Positions 29,470 through 38,646 of a stretch of DNA of 64,000 bases are shown here, piece after piece (position 1 is the first letter of the stretch; each line of letters starts with the position of its first letter). Under the pieces are notes generated by a model. That model was given only the letters and a program-made list of their open reading frames with translations. It made no database searches and was not told where the DNA came from. The position numbers were made by a program, and so were the translations under genes. The stretch is from the NCBI GenBank assembly GCA_002457305.1, contig NTKG01000001.1, positions 1,191 to 65,190 on the forward strand. The letters are read 5' to 3'. Source of the DNA: Bacteroidetes bacterium MED-G21 (GTDB lineage: Bacteria; Bacteroidota; Bacteroidia; Flavobacteriales; UBA7430).

Positions 29470-29646
29470 ATGTATAAACTAGATAATGTTTTAATCGCTT
29501 TCTTTATAATTATTGAAATTTCAGCAATAGTGCTATATGTTACAAAAGAAATTGATTTAAAGTTATTCTGTATGCTAACGTTATTATCAGTTGGTATGAT
29601 TATATTACAAAAATACAATCAATTCGAAAAAAATAAACATAAATAA
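29470..29646 (+). CDS. Unannotated 58-aa two-TM protein (below the ORF-track cutoff)
   Basis: Hand translation: MYKLDNVLIAFFIIIEISAIVLYVTKEIDLKLFCMLTLLSVGMIILQKYNQFEKNKHK. It starts 36 nt after the glycine-zipper gene and is followed directly by a terminator. Confidence 0.45.
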   Translation: MYKLDNVLIAFFIIIEISAIVLYVTKEIDLKLFCMLTLLSVGMIILQKYNQFEKNKHK

Positions 29647-29662
29647 CCCTTTGGCAATTAAA

Positions 29663-29689
29663 GACCACACATCAAGTGTGGGCTTTTTT
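29663..29689 (+). terminator. Intrinsic terminator closing the glycine-zipper/58-aa pair
   Basis: CCACAC-atcaa-GTGTGG followed by GCTTTTTT. Confidence 0.65.
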
Positions 29690-29795
29690 ACTTCATAAAA
29701 TGAGTGGTATTGCTTATAGTAAGCACATTGAATTATTGTATTTTAGCAATTTAAGATGTAATAATTTGAATTCATTTAAATGAAAATAATATTTA

Positions 29796-29957
29796 ATGAG
29801 AGAGTTTATTAAGAAACACTTTTTTTGGTTTGGCTTGGTTCCATTATATCTTGGAGCTGTTATTGTTTGGATGGCCATCTCAAATTATGAAGGCGAGTTT
29901 GTAGATGAGGAAAGCATAAGAAATACATTAGGGAACTCATTTTTATATCTACCATAA
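29796..29957 (+). CDS. Unannotated 53-aa single-TM ORF
   Basis: Hand translation: MREFIKKHFFWFGLVPLYLGAVIVWMAISNYEGEFVDEESIRNTLGNSFLYLP. Its stop lies 2 nt before the next ATG. Confidence 0.35.
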   Translation: MREFIKKHFFWFGLVPLYLGAVIVWMAISNYEGEFVDEESIRNTLGNSFLYLP

Positions 29958-29959
29958 CG

Positions 29960-30178
29960 ATGTCTCCATTCATTTGTCTTTGGTTAAAAGAACCTGTTTT
30001 TAAAAAGAAAAAAACAGCAGTAAAATCAATCACCATTCTTTTCATTTTGTTTGTCATGATTTTGGCCCCATTTGTGTTAAAGTCATTTGATTTCACCATC
30101 TTAATTGCTCTTTTAATTTCAATATTTCTTGCAGAGTTTGGGGCACGAAAAATGTTAGAAGAGAGAATGAAACATTAG
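29960..30178 (+). CDS. 72-aa two-TM small membrane protein
   Basis: KKKKTAVKSITILFILFVMILAPFVL...FTILIALLISIFLAEF. Tightly coupled to the 53-aa ORF, or a frameshifted half of one gene. Confidence 0.4.
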   Translation: MSPFICLWLKEPVFKKKKTAVKSITILFILFVMILAPFVLKSFDFTILIALLISIFLAEFGARKMLEERMKH

Positions 30179-30195
30179 ATGTTTTTGTTATAAAA

Positions 30196-32790
30196 TCATT
30201 CTACAGCATAATTGTACAGGGTACCAGATTCTCCGGCTGTGATGAAATTGATCTTCCCGTCGAGGTTCATATCTTCTGCAATTCCGGTTGTTTTTCCGTA
30301 CATCGGAAAACCTTCTACCATTTCGTTTGGTTCTCTAAAAAGATAGGCTTCAGCTGTTTTGGTATCTGTGATGCTAAGATAATGTTCGTTCTTAATATTA
30401 AAGAGTTTGGCTGCACTTAAGCTTTCATTTTCAAACGAATAAAGAAGATTCATCTGAGGCCCGTTTACTTTTAGGTCTTCACCTTCAATAAGAATGTGAT
30501 GTTGCTTGGTATAGGTGTATTGTATGGTTTGATCAAATTCAAATTGAATGCTGTTGTCGATGCTTCCATCAAAAAGAATGTTTTGTTGTGCGCCTTTTTT
30601 GTCTATAGCAACAATACGTGTTTCTGCTAGGCTTTTACCTTTTACAACTTGGAGTTTGTTGCTTGAGAAGTCTATTTTTTCTTTTACCTTAACACGTGTT
30701 TCGCCACGTCGGTTTAAGATGTTTATCGTTCCGTTTTCTTCAGCCAAAAGGATGTAGTCTCTTCCCCCCACCACAAAGTGTTCTGCCGGGTAAAGGGCCT
30801 TGCTTTTGGTTTGCTTTAATTTCCAACCGTTAATTATTTTTCCATTTTTATCGTACATGTAATGGCGCTTACCACAAGAGAGAAGAATTCTATAGTTGCG
30901 ATTGTTTTCGTAGTCGAAAAGCGATAGCGGCAGGCTTGTGTTTTGTTTTAATGCCATCGGATAAGCGCCCACATCGCGCCCTTTTCGGTCGATTAAAAAC
31001 AGCTTGCTTTTGGTGTTAAACAGCAGCTGAAGTTTGTTGTTTTTGAAGAGGTCTATTTGCCGAATAGATCCAATAACAGCTTCCTGAAGTTTTCTTTTCC
31101 ATAGAATTTCTCCCTCTGAAGAAATGAGGTAAAGGTTCAGGTTTTCATCTTGTACAGCAATTTCCCATTTTTGGGTGTAGTGGTTTTTTACCAAGCTCAT
31201 TTCAGATAGAACAGCTGCTTCCAGTTGTGCTGCCCAAATGGCTCTTGTTTGATTTTCTTTTGAGGCATCGAAATGTAGATAAGCATTTGAGTAGCAATTA
31301 GAACCACTAAGGCTAAATTGCATGGCAAAAGATCGTATTGGACTTAAAGCTTCGGTATACTTTTCTATGAATGTGGCTATATTTTTATGAAGATACTTTT
31401 GAACCAGCTGCCATGATGACTGATTTTGAACGTAAATAAAATAGTTTGAATCGTAGTTAAGTTCGTCAATGCAGTTTTTGAAATCTGTAGAATGACTTAA
31501 AGATTTTTCGGATTTGAAATCATTAATAATACTTTTAAGTAGTGTTGCATCTTCTGCTACCAGCAATTGATTGTTTAGGATGCTGGCATATTCATAGGTC
31601 GCAGTTTCTGGCGTATTACATAAATTGCTTAAGTATTTAAGTTCGCTCCATTTAAAGATCTTTTGCTGTCGGTAGTCAAACATTGAGTCTGCATGTGTTG
31701 TGATGTAATTTTCGACCTGAGCACCTTTTGCGATGTGAAGTATTAAACCCGAATTTAATGCCGTACTATTTTCAACCAAGAACCATGTTATTTCACTGTC
31801 AATCCAGCTTTCAAATTCATCTTTGTGTTCTATTTTTAATAAGCTTAGCTTTTTATCGTACTTGTTTTTTTGATGTTTTTTTACCAAACCATTTATTTGC
31901 TGACGTTGGTATTGTTTAAAGTTTTCGAAGCATTTACTTGTGAAAAGCACAGTGTTTTTTGGAAGTACTGACGTTGCAATAAGGTCATGACCTTCGTTGT
32001 TTTCGAAAAATTGAAGCTCCTGAGCCAGCGAATCAAAACTTAAGCTTAAACCACTAAACAGCATGCCGTTTTTAAATACATCAATATCCCATTGAAACCA
32101 TTCAGCTTGATTTTGAATGTTTGAGTTTTGTAATAAGAGCCCCGTACTAATTTTGTCAAAATTTTTAGAATTTATAAAAAGGTTAAAGTCTTCTTTTTTA
32201 TTTGATGAGTTGTAAATGTTTTCAAAGGACTTGTCTGCGCTTAAATTATTTTCAGTTTTTATTTGTCTGATGGCATCTTGAATGAGAATTTTTTCTGGGC
32301 TTATTAATACAAGTCCCATATGTATGCAATAAAATACGCGATCATTTTCAATATTAACTTCTATGATTGTGCTATTGCTATAAGGGTGTTCTTTTGTGTT
32401 TGCAAAGTTTTTAAGTCCTATTTCAAGAAGTTGAAATTTGTGTTCTTGATCTTCTGAAGAGGTCGTTGCAAGCCAATTTATAGATTGAGCACCAGTTAAA
32501 TGTAGTGAGATGAATAAGGGATTGATACTCGTTAAGTGCGATGCATATGTTGTAAGAGCAGAGTCTATTCTTAAAAGCTTTTGCTGATTTAATTCTATTG
32601 AAGTTTCTGTTGTTAATAGACCCCATGGTGCGCTTTTCGAAAGTTCTTTTAAACTTTTTGATACATCATTTGTTTCTAAAATTAAAGCTGCGTCAATTGG
32701 AATCGCATCTAGTGCGTTGCTTGTCTGTTGCTTGTCTTCTTGACAGGCAAAAAAAGAAATAACGATTAATAAGTATAATGCCCTTTGCAT
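30196..32790 (-). CDS. Large lipoprotein (864 aa), unknown function, C-terminal beta-propeller-like repeats
   Basis: Lipobox VISFFAC. The C-terminal third has repeated ...L(Y/F)LI(S/D)..G..(L/V).. units reminiscent of PQQ/BamB-like blades. I recognise no enzymatic motif. Confidence 0.75.
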   Translation of the reverse strand: MQRALYLLIVISFFACQEDKQQTSNALDAIPIDAALILETNDVSKSLKELSKSAPWGLLTTETSIELNQQKLLRIDSALTTYASHLTSINPLFISLHLTGAQSINWLATTSSEDQEHKFQLLEIGLKNFANTKEHPYSNSTIIEVNIENDRVFYCIHMGLVLISPEKILIQDAIRQIKTENNLSADKSFENIYNSSNKKEDFNLFINSKNFDKISTGLLLQNSNIQNQAEWFQWDIDVFKNGMLFSGLSLSFDSLAQELQFFENNEGHDLIATSVLPKNTVLFTSKCFENFKQYQRQQINGLVKKHQKNKYDKKLSLLKIEHKDEFESWIDSEITWFLVENSTALNSGLILHIAKGAQVENYITTHADSMFDYRQQKIFKWSELKYLSNLCNTPETATYEYASILNNQLLVAEDATLLKSIINDFKSEKSLSHSTDFKNCIDELNYDSNYFIYVQNQSSWQLVQKYLHKNIATFIEKYTEALSPIRSFAMQFSLSGSNCYSNAYLHFDASKENQTRAIWAAQLEAAVLSEMSLVKNHYTQKWEIAVQDENLNLYLISSEGEILWKRKLQEAVIGSIRQIDLFKNNKLQLLFNTKSKLFLIDRKGRDVGAYPMALKQNTSLPLSLFDYENNRNYRILLSCGKRHYMYDKNGKIINGWKLKQTKSKALYPAEHFVVGGRDYILLAEENGTINILNRRGETRVKVKEKIDFSSNKLQVVKGKSLAETRIVAIDKKGAQQNILFDGSIDNSIQFEFDQTIQYTYTKQHHILIEGEDLKVNGPQMNLLYSFENESLSAAKLFNIKNEHYLSITDTKTAEAYLFREPNEMVEGFPMYGKTTGIAEDMNLDGKINFITAGESGTLYNYAVE

Positions 32791-32809
32791 GGTTTTATTT
32801 TAAGCTTTT

Positions 32810-32817
32810 CAAAAATA
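32810..32817 (-). promoter_or_regulatory. -7 box TATTTTTG (minus strand) for the 864-aa lipoprotein gene
   Basis: CAAAAATA on the plus strand, 19 nt upstream of the ATG. Confidence 0.35.
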
Positions 32818-32826
32818 GAACTATTA

Positions 32827-33426
32827 TTAAATATTTAGGCTTAATTGTTCGGGAAGTAGTCTAAAGCTTTTTCGATGGTATTGACTTACGCCTATTTTTT
32901 TTATCGCTGCTCTGTGAGATTTTGTTGGATATCCTTTATTATTTTCCCATTGATATTGAGGGTGTTCCAGGTGAAGTTTTTTCATGAGATCGTCTCTATA
33001 GGTTTTCGCTAATATAGAAGCGGCGGCAATGCTTAAGTACTTGCCATCACCCTTAATGATGCAGTGATGCTCTGTTTTATTATATTTTTTAAACCTATTT
33101 CCATCAACTAAAATACTGTCAAAAGGATTTTTAATTTGGTCTAGCGCACTATGCATGGCTAAAATGGAGGCATTTAAAATATTTATTTCATCAATTTCTT
33201 CATGATCTACAATACCAATTGCATAGGCTATGGCGTGTTCTTTAATTTCAGTTCTAAGTAAATCCCTCTTTTTTTCGCTTAGTTGTTTTGAATCGTTTAG
33301 TAATAGGTGTTTAAAGTTTTTCGGTAAAATAACTGCAGCAGCTACAACCGGACCAGCAAGACATCCTCTACCTGCCTCATCACAGCCCACTTCAATTTTG
33401 TTTTTGTGTAAGTAGGAAGCTAACAT
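32827..33426 (-). CDS. rnhB: Ribonuclease HII
   Basis: [20 protein letters not shown] catalytic motif, [16 protein letters not shown]. Confidence 0.95.
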   Translation of the reverse strand: MLASYLHKNKIEVGCDEAGRGCLAGPVVAAAVILPKNFKHLLLNDSKQLSEKKRDLLRTEIKEHAIAYAIGIVDHEEIDEINILNASILAMHSALDQIKNPFDSILVDGNRFKKYNKTEHHCIIKGDGKYLSIAAASILAKTYRDDLMKKLHLEHPQYQWENNKGYPTKSHRAAIKKIGVSQYHRKSFRLLPEQLSLNI

Positions 33427-34550
33427 CTATTCATTACTTTTTCTATGCTTTCCCATAGGGCTATAGCTGTTGTATTCCAATTGAAATGTTGTGAATGAAT
33501 TTGTCCTCTAGAAGAAAGTTCAGCTCTTAACTCGCTGTTGGCATTTAATTTTGTCATGGCATCTGTTATTTCCTTTATTTCAAATGGATTGACAAGTAAT
33601 GCAGCATCTCCAGCTACCTCAGGCATGGCCGAAACATTAGATGTGATTACCGGACAAGCACATTTCATAGCCTCAATAATTGGCATGCCAAAACCTTCGA
33701 AATATGGCACGTAACAAAGTGCAAGTGCCGAAGAATAAAGTTGGTTCAGTTCTTCAGTGTTTTTTCTTCCCGTAAAAATTATGTCCTCTTTGTATGTGAG
33801 GTTTTCGAAGCATTTTTTAAGATCATTATTCCACCACATTTTGGCGCCAACGATAAGCAATTTGTTCGAGGATTTGGTTTCAGCTTTGAATGCATCAAAT
33901 GCAAGGAGAAGTCTTAAAATGTTTTTTCTTGGGTGAAGCGCGCCTACAAAAATGAAGTAGTCTTTACTGTCACTATATTTATTTCTGGTGGCAATCTGGT
34001 CTTGTAACCCTATTGGATGGAAATTTGAATTGACGCCATTTAAGCTGAGGTCTATTTTAGACGCATCGATGTTATATGAGTTGCAAATATCTTGTTTTGA
34101 ATACTCTGAAACTGTTACTATTCGGCTGGCTTTTTTGGCATATTTTTTAAAAAAATAATTGTAGAATATTCTATGAATAAATTTTAGATTTTTTGGATGA
34201 TGCTTAAAGTTGATGTCGTGAATAACCGCAATAGAAGGGATGTTGCTCTTAAGAGATAGAAATCCGTCAGGCGATAGAAATACATCAGCATTAATTTTTC
34301 GAAGTATTTTTGGAATGCGCCACTCAAACCAAATATACCATAAAATAGGGTGCCTTGTAGGAGGACTTATGACCACAGGATGTACATTTTTTTCAAATAT
34401 AAATTCCTTTGAATAGGGTCTGTCAAATAAAAAGTAAAATTCGTGCTCTGGGTGTGATTTTACGATTCGTGAAAGGGTTTCATAGGTATACCAACCAATA
34501 CCTTCAAGCTTGTCTTTTAGAAGTAGACGTGTGTTAACCGCAATTCTCAT
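33420..34550 (-). CDS. Glycosyltransferase family 4 (GT-B, group 1)
   Basis: C-terminal [38 protein letters not shown] motif. Overlaps the rnhB start by 7 nt. Confidence 0.9.
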   Translation of the reverse strand: MRIAVNTRLLLKDKLEGIGWYTYETLSRIVKSHPEHEFYFLFDRPYSKEFIFEKNVHPVVISPPTRHPILWYIWFEWRIPKILRKINADVFLSPDGFLSLKSNIPSIAVIHDINFKHHPKNLKFIHRIFYNYFFKKYAKKASRIVTVSEYSKQDICNSYNIDASKIDLSLNGVNSNFHPIGLQDQIATRNKYSDSKDYFIFVGALHPRKNILRLLLAFDAFKAETKSSNKLLIVGAKMWWNNDLKKCFENLTYKEDIIFTGRKNTEELNQLYSSALALCYVPYFEGFGMPIIEAMKCACPVITSNVSAMPEVAGDAALLVNPFEIKEITDAMTKLNANSELRAELSSRGQIHSQHFNWNTTAIALWESIEKVMNRC

Positions 34551-34555
34551 GCGTA

Positions 34556-34563
34556 CAAAAATA
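34556..34563 (-). promoter_or_regulatory. -7 box TATTTTTG (minus strand) for the GT4-rnhB operon
   Basis: CAAAAATA on the plus strand, ending 5 nt from the ATG, which implies a leaderless or near-leaderless mRNA. Confidence 0.35.
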
Positions 34564-34635
34564 GAGTTTTTTGTTGCGCATTAAGTACGAATGTTCTTTT
34601 TTTGACGTTGACTTAACTAAGATTTACAATTTCAC

Positions 34636-36075
34636 ATGCAGAAAAAGTTTATTACAAACTTATTTTTCTTATTGGTTCTTAACCTTTTAATAAAGCCCTT
34701 CTATATACTCGGGATTGATGCTGAAATTATTAATAGAGTGGGAGCAGATACTTACGGTATTTATTTTAGTTTATTCAATTTCTCCTTTCTTTTCAATATT
34801 TTTCTTGATTTTGGGATCAATAATTTTAACACTAAAAATGTTGCTCAAAACGAACACCTTTTATCCAAATATTTTTCTAAACTGTTCAGTTTAAAGCTCC
34901 TTCTTGTTTTAGCTTATGTATTTTTCACAATCAGTGCTGGTTTTATTTGGGGCTATTCTAATTATGCTTTAAAGTTGTTGTTGATGTTAGCTTTTAATCA
35001 GGGTTTAGTAGCTATTATTTTGTATTTAAGATCCAACCTAAGTGGCATACAAATGTTCGTAAAGGATAGTATGATTTCGGTTTTAGATCGTTTTTTAATG
35101 ATTCTTTTTTGTTCGGTATTGTTATGGGGTAATGTGACGGATCGGCCCTTTGAAATAGAGTGGTTTATTTACACACAAACACTTTCGTATACAATAACCT
35201 TGTTTGTTGCTTTATTTTGGGTTTGGCAGAAATCTGCTTTTGTGAAAATAAAGTACAATCATTTATTTTCTTTTGCCATCATCAAGCAAAGTGCGCCCTA
35301 TGCATTATTAATTTTATTAATGACTTTTTATTACAGAAGTGATTCGGTTATGTTAGAGAAACTGCTTGATGATGGAAGTAGACAAGCTGGTTATTATGCT
35401 CAAGCTTATCGGTTCTTTGAAGCCGGAAATATGGTTGCCTATTTGTTTTCAGTTTTATTGTTACCTATTTTCTCTAAAATGATTAAGGAGAAACAAGTTT
35501 TAAATGGGATTATAGACATCTCATTTAAGATGATGTTCTCTGGTGCTATTATATTAAGTGTGTTATGCTTTCAGTTTGGTGAAGAAATTTTAAATTGGAG
35601 GTACCATGATTTGAGTCATCAATCTGTACATCTGTTTTCTGTATTGATGTTTTGTTTTGTTTGCATTTCTTCTACTTATGTTTTTGGAACTTTACTAACT
35701 GCAAATGGCGATTTAAGAGTGCTGAATTTGTTGGCAGGTTCTGCAGTTGTTGTTAATATCGGTTTAAACTTATTGTTTATTCCAAAGTGGCAAGCATTAG
35801 GCTCAGCAGTTGCAAGTTTAATAACACAATTAATGGTTTCTATTGTACAGATCATCATCTCAAAAAAGAAGTTTGATATCCGTACAACTTTTATTGGCTT
35901 TACTCAGTTCCTCTGTTTTGTATTTGGCGTTTTGAGTATTTCTTATCTTTCTTATTTCTATGTTTCAAATTGGGTTTTAGCAATGGGTGTATTCGTTTTA
36001 AGTTCATTTGCTTTTGCTTCGTTTATTCGCATGATTCCGATAAAACGTATGATGTATATTGTGAGAAATGAATAA
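34636..36075 (+). CDS. Wzx-like oligosaccharide flippase (polysaccharide biosynthesis protein)
   Basis: 479 aa with ~12-14 TM helices and MOP-superfamily-like organisation. Sits in a polysaccharide gene context. Confidence 0.8.
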   Translation: MQKKFITNLFFLLVLNLLIKPFYILGIDAEIINRVGADTYGIYFSLFNFSFLFNIFLDFGINNFNTKNVAQNEHLLSKYFSKLFSLKLLLVLAYVFFTISAGFIWGYSNYALKLLLMLAFNQGLVAIILYLRSNLSGIQMFVKDSMISVLDRFLMILFCSVLLWGNVTDRPFEIEWFIYTQTLSYTITLFVALFWVWQKSAFVKIKYNHLFSFAIIKQSAPYALLILLMTFYYRSDSVMLEKLLDDGSRQAGYYAQAYRFFEAGNMVAYLFSVLLLPIFSKMIKEKQVLNGIIDISFKMMFSGAIILSVLCFQFGEEILNWRYHDLSHQSVHLFSVLMFCFVCISSTYVFGTLLTANGDLRVLNLLAGSAVVVNIGLNLLFIPKWQALGSAVASLITQLMVSIVQIIISKKKFDIRTTFIGFTQFLCFVFGVLSISYLSYFYVSNWVLAMGVFVLSSFAFASFIRMIPIKRMMYIVRNE

Positions 36076-36131
36076 GAATGGCATGTTTGTAAAGCCTTTT
36101 TTGCGTACTGTGCAAACCTGTTGATTAGTTG

Positions 36132-36139
36132 TATATTTG
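36132..36139 (+). promoter_or_regulatory. -7 box TATATTTG (wzz-like gene)
   Basis: Exact TAnnTTTG 22 nt upstream of the ATG. Confidence 0.35.
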
Positions 36140-36161
36140 GATGAAATTAAATTAAATAACT

Positions 36162-37172
36162 ATGAGTAAAGCGTCCCTGTCTAATTCCGGAAATATTATA
36201 TTAGATTTATATCAATGGCGGAAACCTTTAGTGATTTTCACTTTAATTGCTTCTGTTTTAGCTGCAGTTGTTTCATCGCCTTTGATTATAACGCCTAAAT
36301 TTAAATCTACAGCCGTTATTTATCCAACCACTACAAATTCTATTTCACAAGCATTACTAGTTGAGCACAATCCATATCGTAAGGATGTTCTAGAGTTTGG
36401 TGAGGAGTTGGAAGCAGAACGTCTGCTTCAGATTTTAAATTCTGATGAGATGCAGAATCGCATTATTGAAGAATTTAATTTGTTTGAGCATTATGAAATA
36501 CATCCAGAAGATCAACATGCTAAAACCTGGATGAATTTAGAGTTTGATGATCACTTTAGTTTTAAGCGTACAGAATTGATGTCTATTGAGATTGAAGTTT
36601 TGGATGAGAATCCTGAGCTTGCAGCTGCCATGTCTAATCGTGTGGTTGATTTAATTGATGTGGTCGTTAAACGGGTAAAGAGAGAACGTGCTGAACAAGC
36701 AGTGGTTATTTTAGAGCGAAGAGATGAAGAGCTCACCAGTCGTTTGTTCACAATACACGATTCATTAGAAGTGTTACGCATCCATGGAGTTCTTGACGTT
36801 TCATTACAAGCTGAAAGATTAACAGAATATTATGCGCAAGCACTGTCTAAAGGAAATACAACAGGAGCTGCAGCATTAAAAAAAGAATTTAGTCATTTGG
36901 CTCAATATGGAGGCGCTTATTACCGATTGTTTGAAGAGTTAGAATTGGTTCAAGAGCAATTAGAAATTATTCGCCTCGAAAAAGAAAATATTCGTGTTGA
37001 ACTTGATGCAGAGCTTACAAATAGATTTGTCATTAACAGAGCTTTTGCTGCTGATAAAAAATCTTATCCAATACGATGGCTCATTGTGTTCATGTCTGGT
37101 ATGGCAACTTTTGTAATGACTCTATTGCTTTTGTATATCCGTCAAACCATATCAACTTCAGATCTTGCTTAA
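36162..37172 (+). CDS. Wzz-like polysaccharide chain-length determinant (PCP without kinase domain)
   Basis: TM near the N-terminus (PLVIFTLIASVLAAVV), long coiled-coil periplasmic region, second TM at the C-terminus. Confidence 0.7.
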   Translation: MSKASLSNSGNIILDLYQWRKPLVIFTLIASVLAAVVSSPLIITPKFKSTAVIYPTTTNSISQALLVEHNPYRKDVLEFGEELEAERLLQILNSDEMQNRIIEEFNLFEHYEIHPEDQHAKTWMNLEFDDHFSFKRTELMSIEIEVLDENPELAAAMSNRVVDLIDVVVKRVKRERAEQAVVILERRDEELTSRLFTIHDSLEVLRIHGVLDVSLQAERLTEYYAQALSKGNTTGAAALKKEFSHLAQYGGAYYRLFEELELVQEQLEIIRLEKENIRVELDAELTNRFVINRAFAADKKSYPIRWLIVFMSGMATFVMTLLLLYIRQTISTSDLA

Positions 37173-38601
37173 GAAATACAGTTCATATCTCTTTTTATTA
37201 GCTCTTGTTTCTTTTGTTGTATCTAACACTTATTTGATTGGTAATGAGCGGTATTGGGGCATGTTAATTCCTCTACTTTTAGCGGTAATTACTATGGCCT
37301 TATTGCGTTTGGATTTACTTTTAACTACAGTTGCTTTTTTAACCCCTTTATCTACAAGCTTAAAAGAATTGGGTATTTATAATCCTATAGGTGTTGAAAT
37401 GGCATTACCAACAGAGCCTTTACTTTTCGGGTTAATGATTGTTGCCTGGGTTAAGATGTTTAGTGATAAGACACTTTTTAAAGGATTGTATACCCATCCA
37501 ATTTCCATTGCTATTGGTGCTTATTTGTTTTGGCTATTGTTTACCTCAATAAGCAGTTCGATGCCTATAGTTTCTTTAAAATTATTAGTTACCAGGTTGT
37601 GGTTTATTAGCAGCTTTTATGTTTTGGCATATGCTTGGTTTCAGAAAAAGTCTAATGTGCATCGCTTTGTTAAAGCTTATTTAACAGGGCTTTCTTTGGT
37701 TGCTTTATATACGATAGTTCAGCATTCAGCTAAGGGGTTTGAACATGAGGTAGCACACTGGGTGATGTCTCCATTTTTTAAAGACCATACCTCTTATGGA
37801 ATGGCTTTAGCGCTTCTATTACCCTTTTCATATTATTTGACAAAATTCAGTGATACTCAAGCCATCAAATTGATTTTCACTTTTGTATTTATACTGTTAA
37901 TTATTGCATTGATATTATCTTACACAAGAGCTGCTTGGTTGAGTTGCGTTTTGGCATTGTGTGTTTATATTATTATGAAACTTAGAATACGTTTTTCTTT
38001 ACTACTTTCATCACTCATCTTTTCTACAAGTTTTATTTTAATATTTCAAACAGATATTTTAATGTTACTTGAAAAGAATAGTCAGGATTCATCAGACAGT
38101 TTTGTAGAACATATAGAGTCTATGTCAAATATAACCACTGATGCTTCAAATTTAGAACGTATTAATAGATGGAAGTCAGCAATACGACTTTTTGAAGATC
38201 GCCCTCATTTGGGGTGGGGACCAGGTACTTACCAGTTTCATTATGCGCCTTATCAAAATTATTATGAGAAAACTGTTATAAGTACAAATGCTGGAGATAT
38301 GGGTAATGCGCATAGTGAGTATTTAAGTGCTTTGTCAGAAACAGGTTGGCCTGGTCTTCTTATTTTTTTGTTATTTATTACCACAGTTTTTTTTAATGCC
38401 ATTGTCTTGTATCCTCAGTTAGAAGACAAAAAAGAACAGTGGATGTTGATGGCCTGCATTTTGGGATTAGTGACTTATTTTAGCCATGCTATTTTAAATA
38501 ATTTTTTAGATATGGATAAGGCTTCAGTACCTATTTGGGCTTTTGTTGCTCTTATTGTGGTGTTAGATGTAAATCATAAAAACAAAAGAATTGAAGCGTA
38601 A
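37165..38601 (+). CDS. O-antigen ligase/polymerase family membrane protein (Wzy_C domain)
   Basis: Polytopic protein with SYTRAAWLS motif and a large loop with GWGPGTY...HSEYL. Overlaps the wzz-like end by 8 nt. Confidence 0.8.
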   Translation: MLKKYSSYLFLLALVSFVVSNTYLIGNERYWGMLIPLLLAVITMALLRLDLLLTTVAFLTPLSTSLKELGIYNPIGVEMALPTEPLLFGLMIVAWVKMFSDKTLFKGLYTHPISIAIGAYLFWLLFTSISSSMPIVSLKLLVTRLWFISSFYVLAYAWFQKKSNVHRFVKAYLTGLSLVALYTIVQHSAKGFEHEVAHWVMSPFFKDHTSYGMALALLLPFSYYLTKFSDTQAIKLIFTFVFILLIIALILSYTRAAWLSCVLALCVYIIMKLRIRFSLLLSSLIFSTSFILIFQTDILMLLEKNSQDSSDSFVEHIESMSNITTDASNLERINRWKSAIRLFEDRPHLGWGPGTYQFHYAPYQNYYEKTVISTNAGDMGNAHSEYLSALSETGWPGLLIFLLFITTVFFNAIVLYPQLEDKKEQWMLMACILGLVTYFSHAILNNFLDMDKASVPIWAFVALIVVLDVNHKNKRIEA

Positions 38602-38630
38602 AAAAAAGAGGGCTTTAAGCCCCCTTTTTA
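38601..38630. terminator. Weak bidirectional terminator between the ligase gene and efp
   Basis: A-run, GGGC-tttaa-GCCC, T-run. The stem is only about 4 bp. Confidence 0.35.
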
Positions 38631-38646
38631 TGAGTTTTGTAATGAT

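Noticed and set aside
29430-30099. Minus-strand ORFs 29430-29618 (62 aa) and 29860-30099 (79 aa) from the track.
   Set aside because: The plus-strand small ORFs (29470-29646, 29796-29957, 29960-30178) give clean TM helices, operon-like spacing and a matching plus-strand terminator. The minus-strand products look like low-complexity shadows. Confidence in either reading is only moderate.
30196-32790. 864-aa lipoprotein considered as PorW/SprE because the size and lipobox are similar.
   Set aside because: No TPR-like repeats are visible and the C-terminus looks like beta-propeller blades instead, so I did not assign it to that family.
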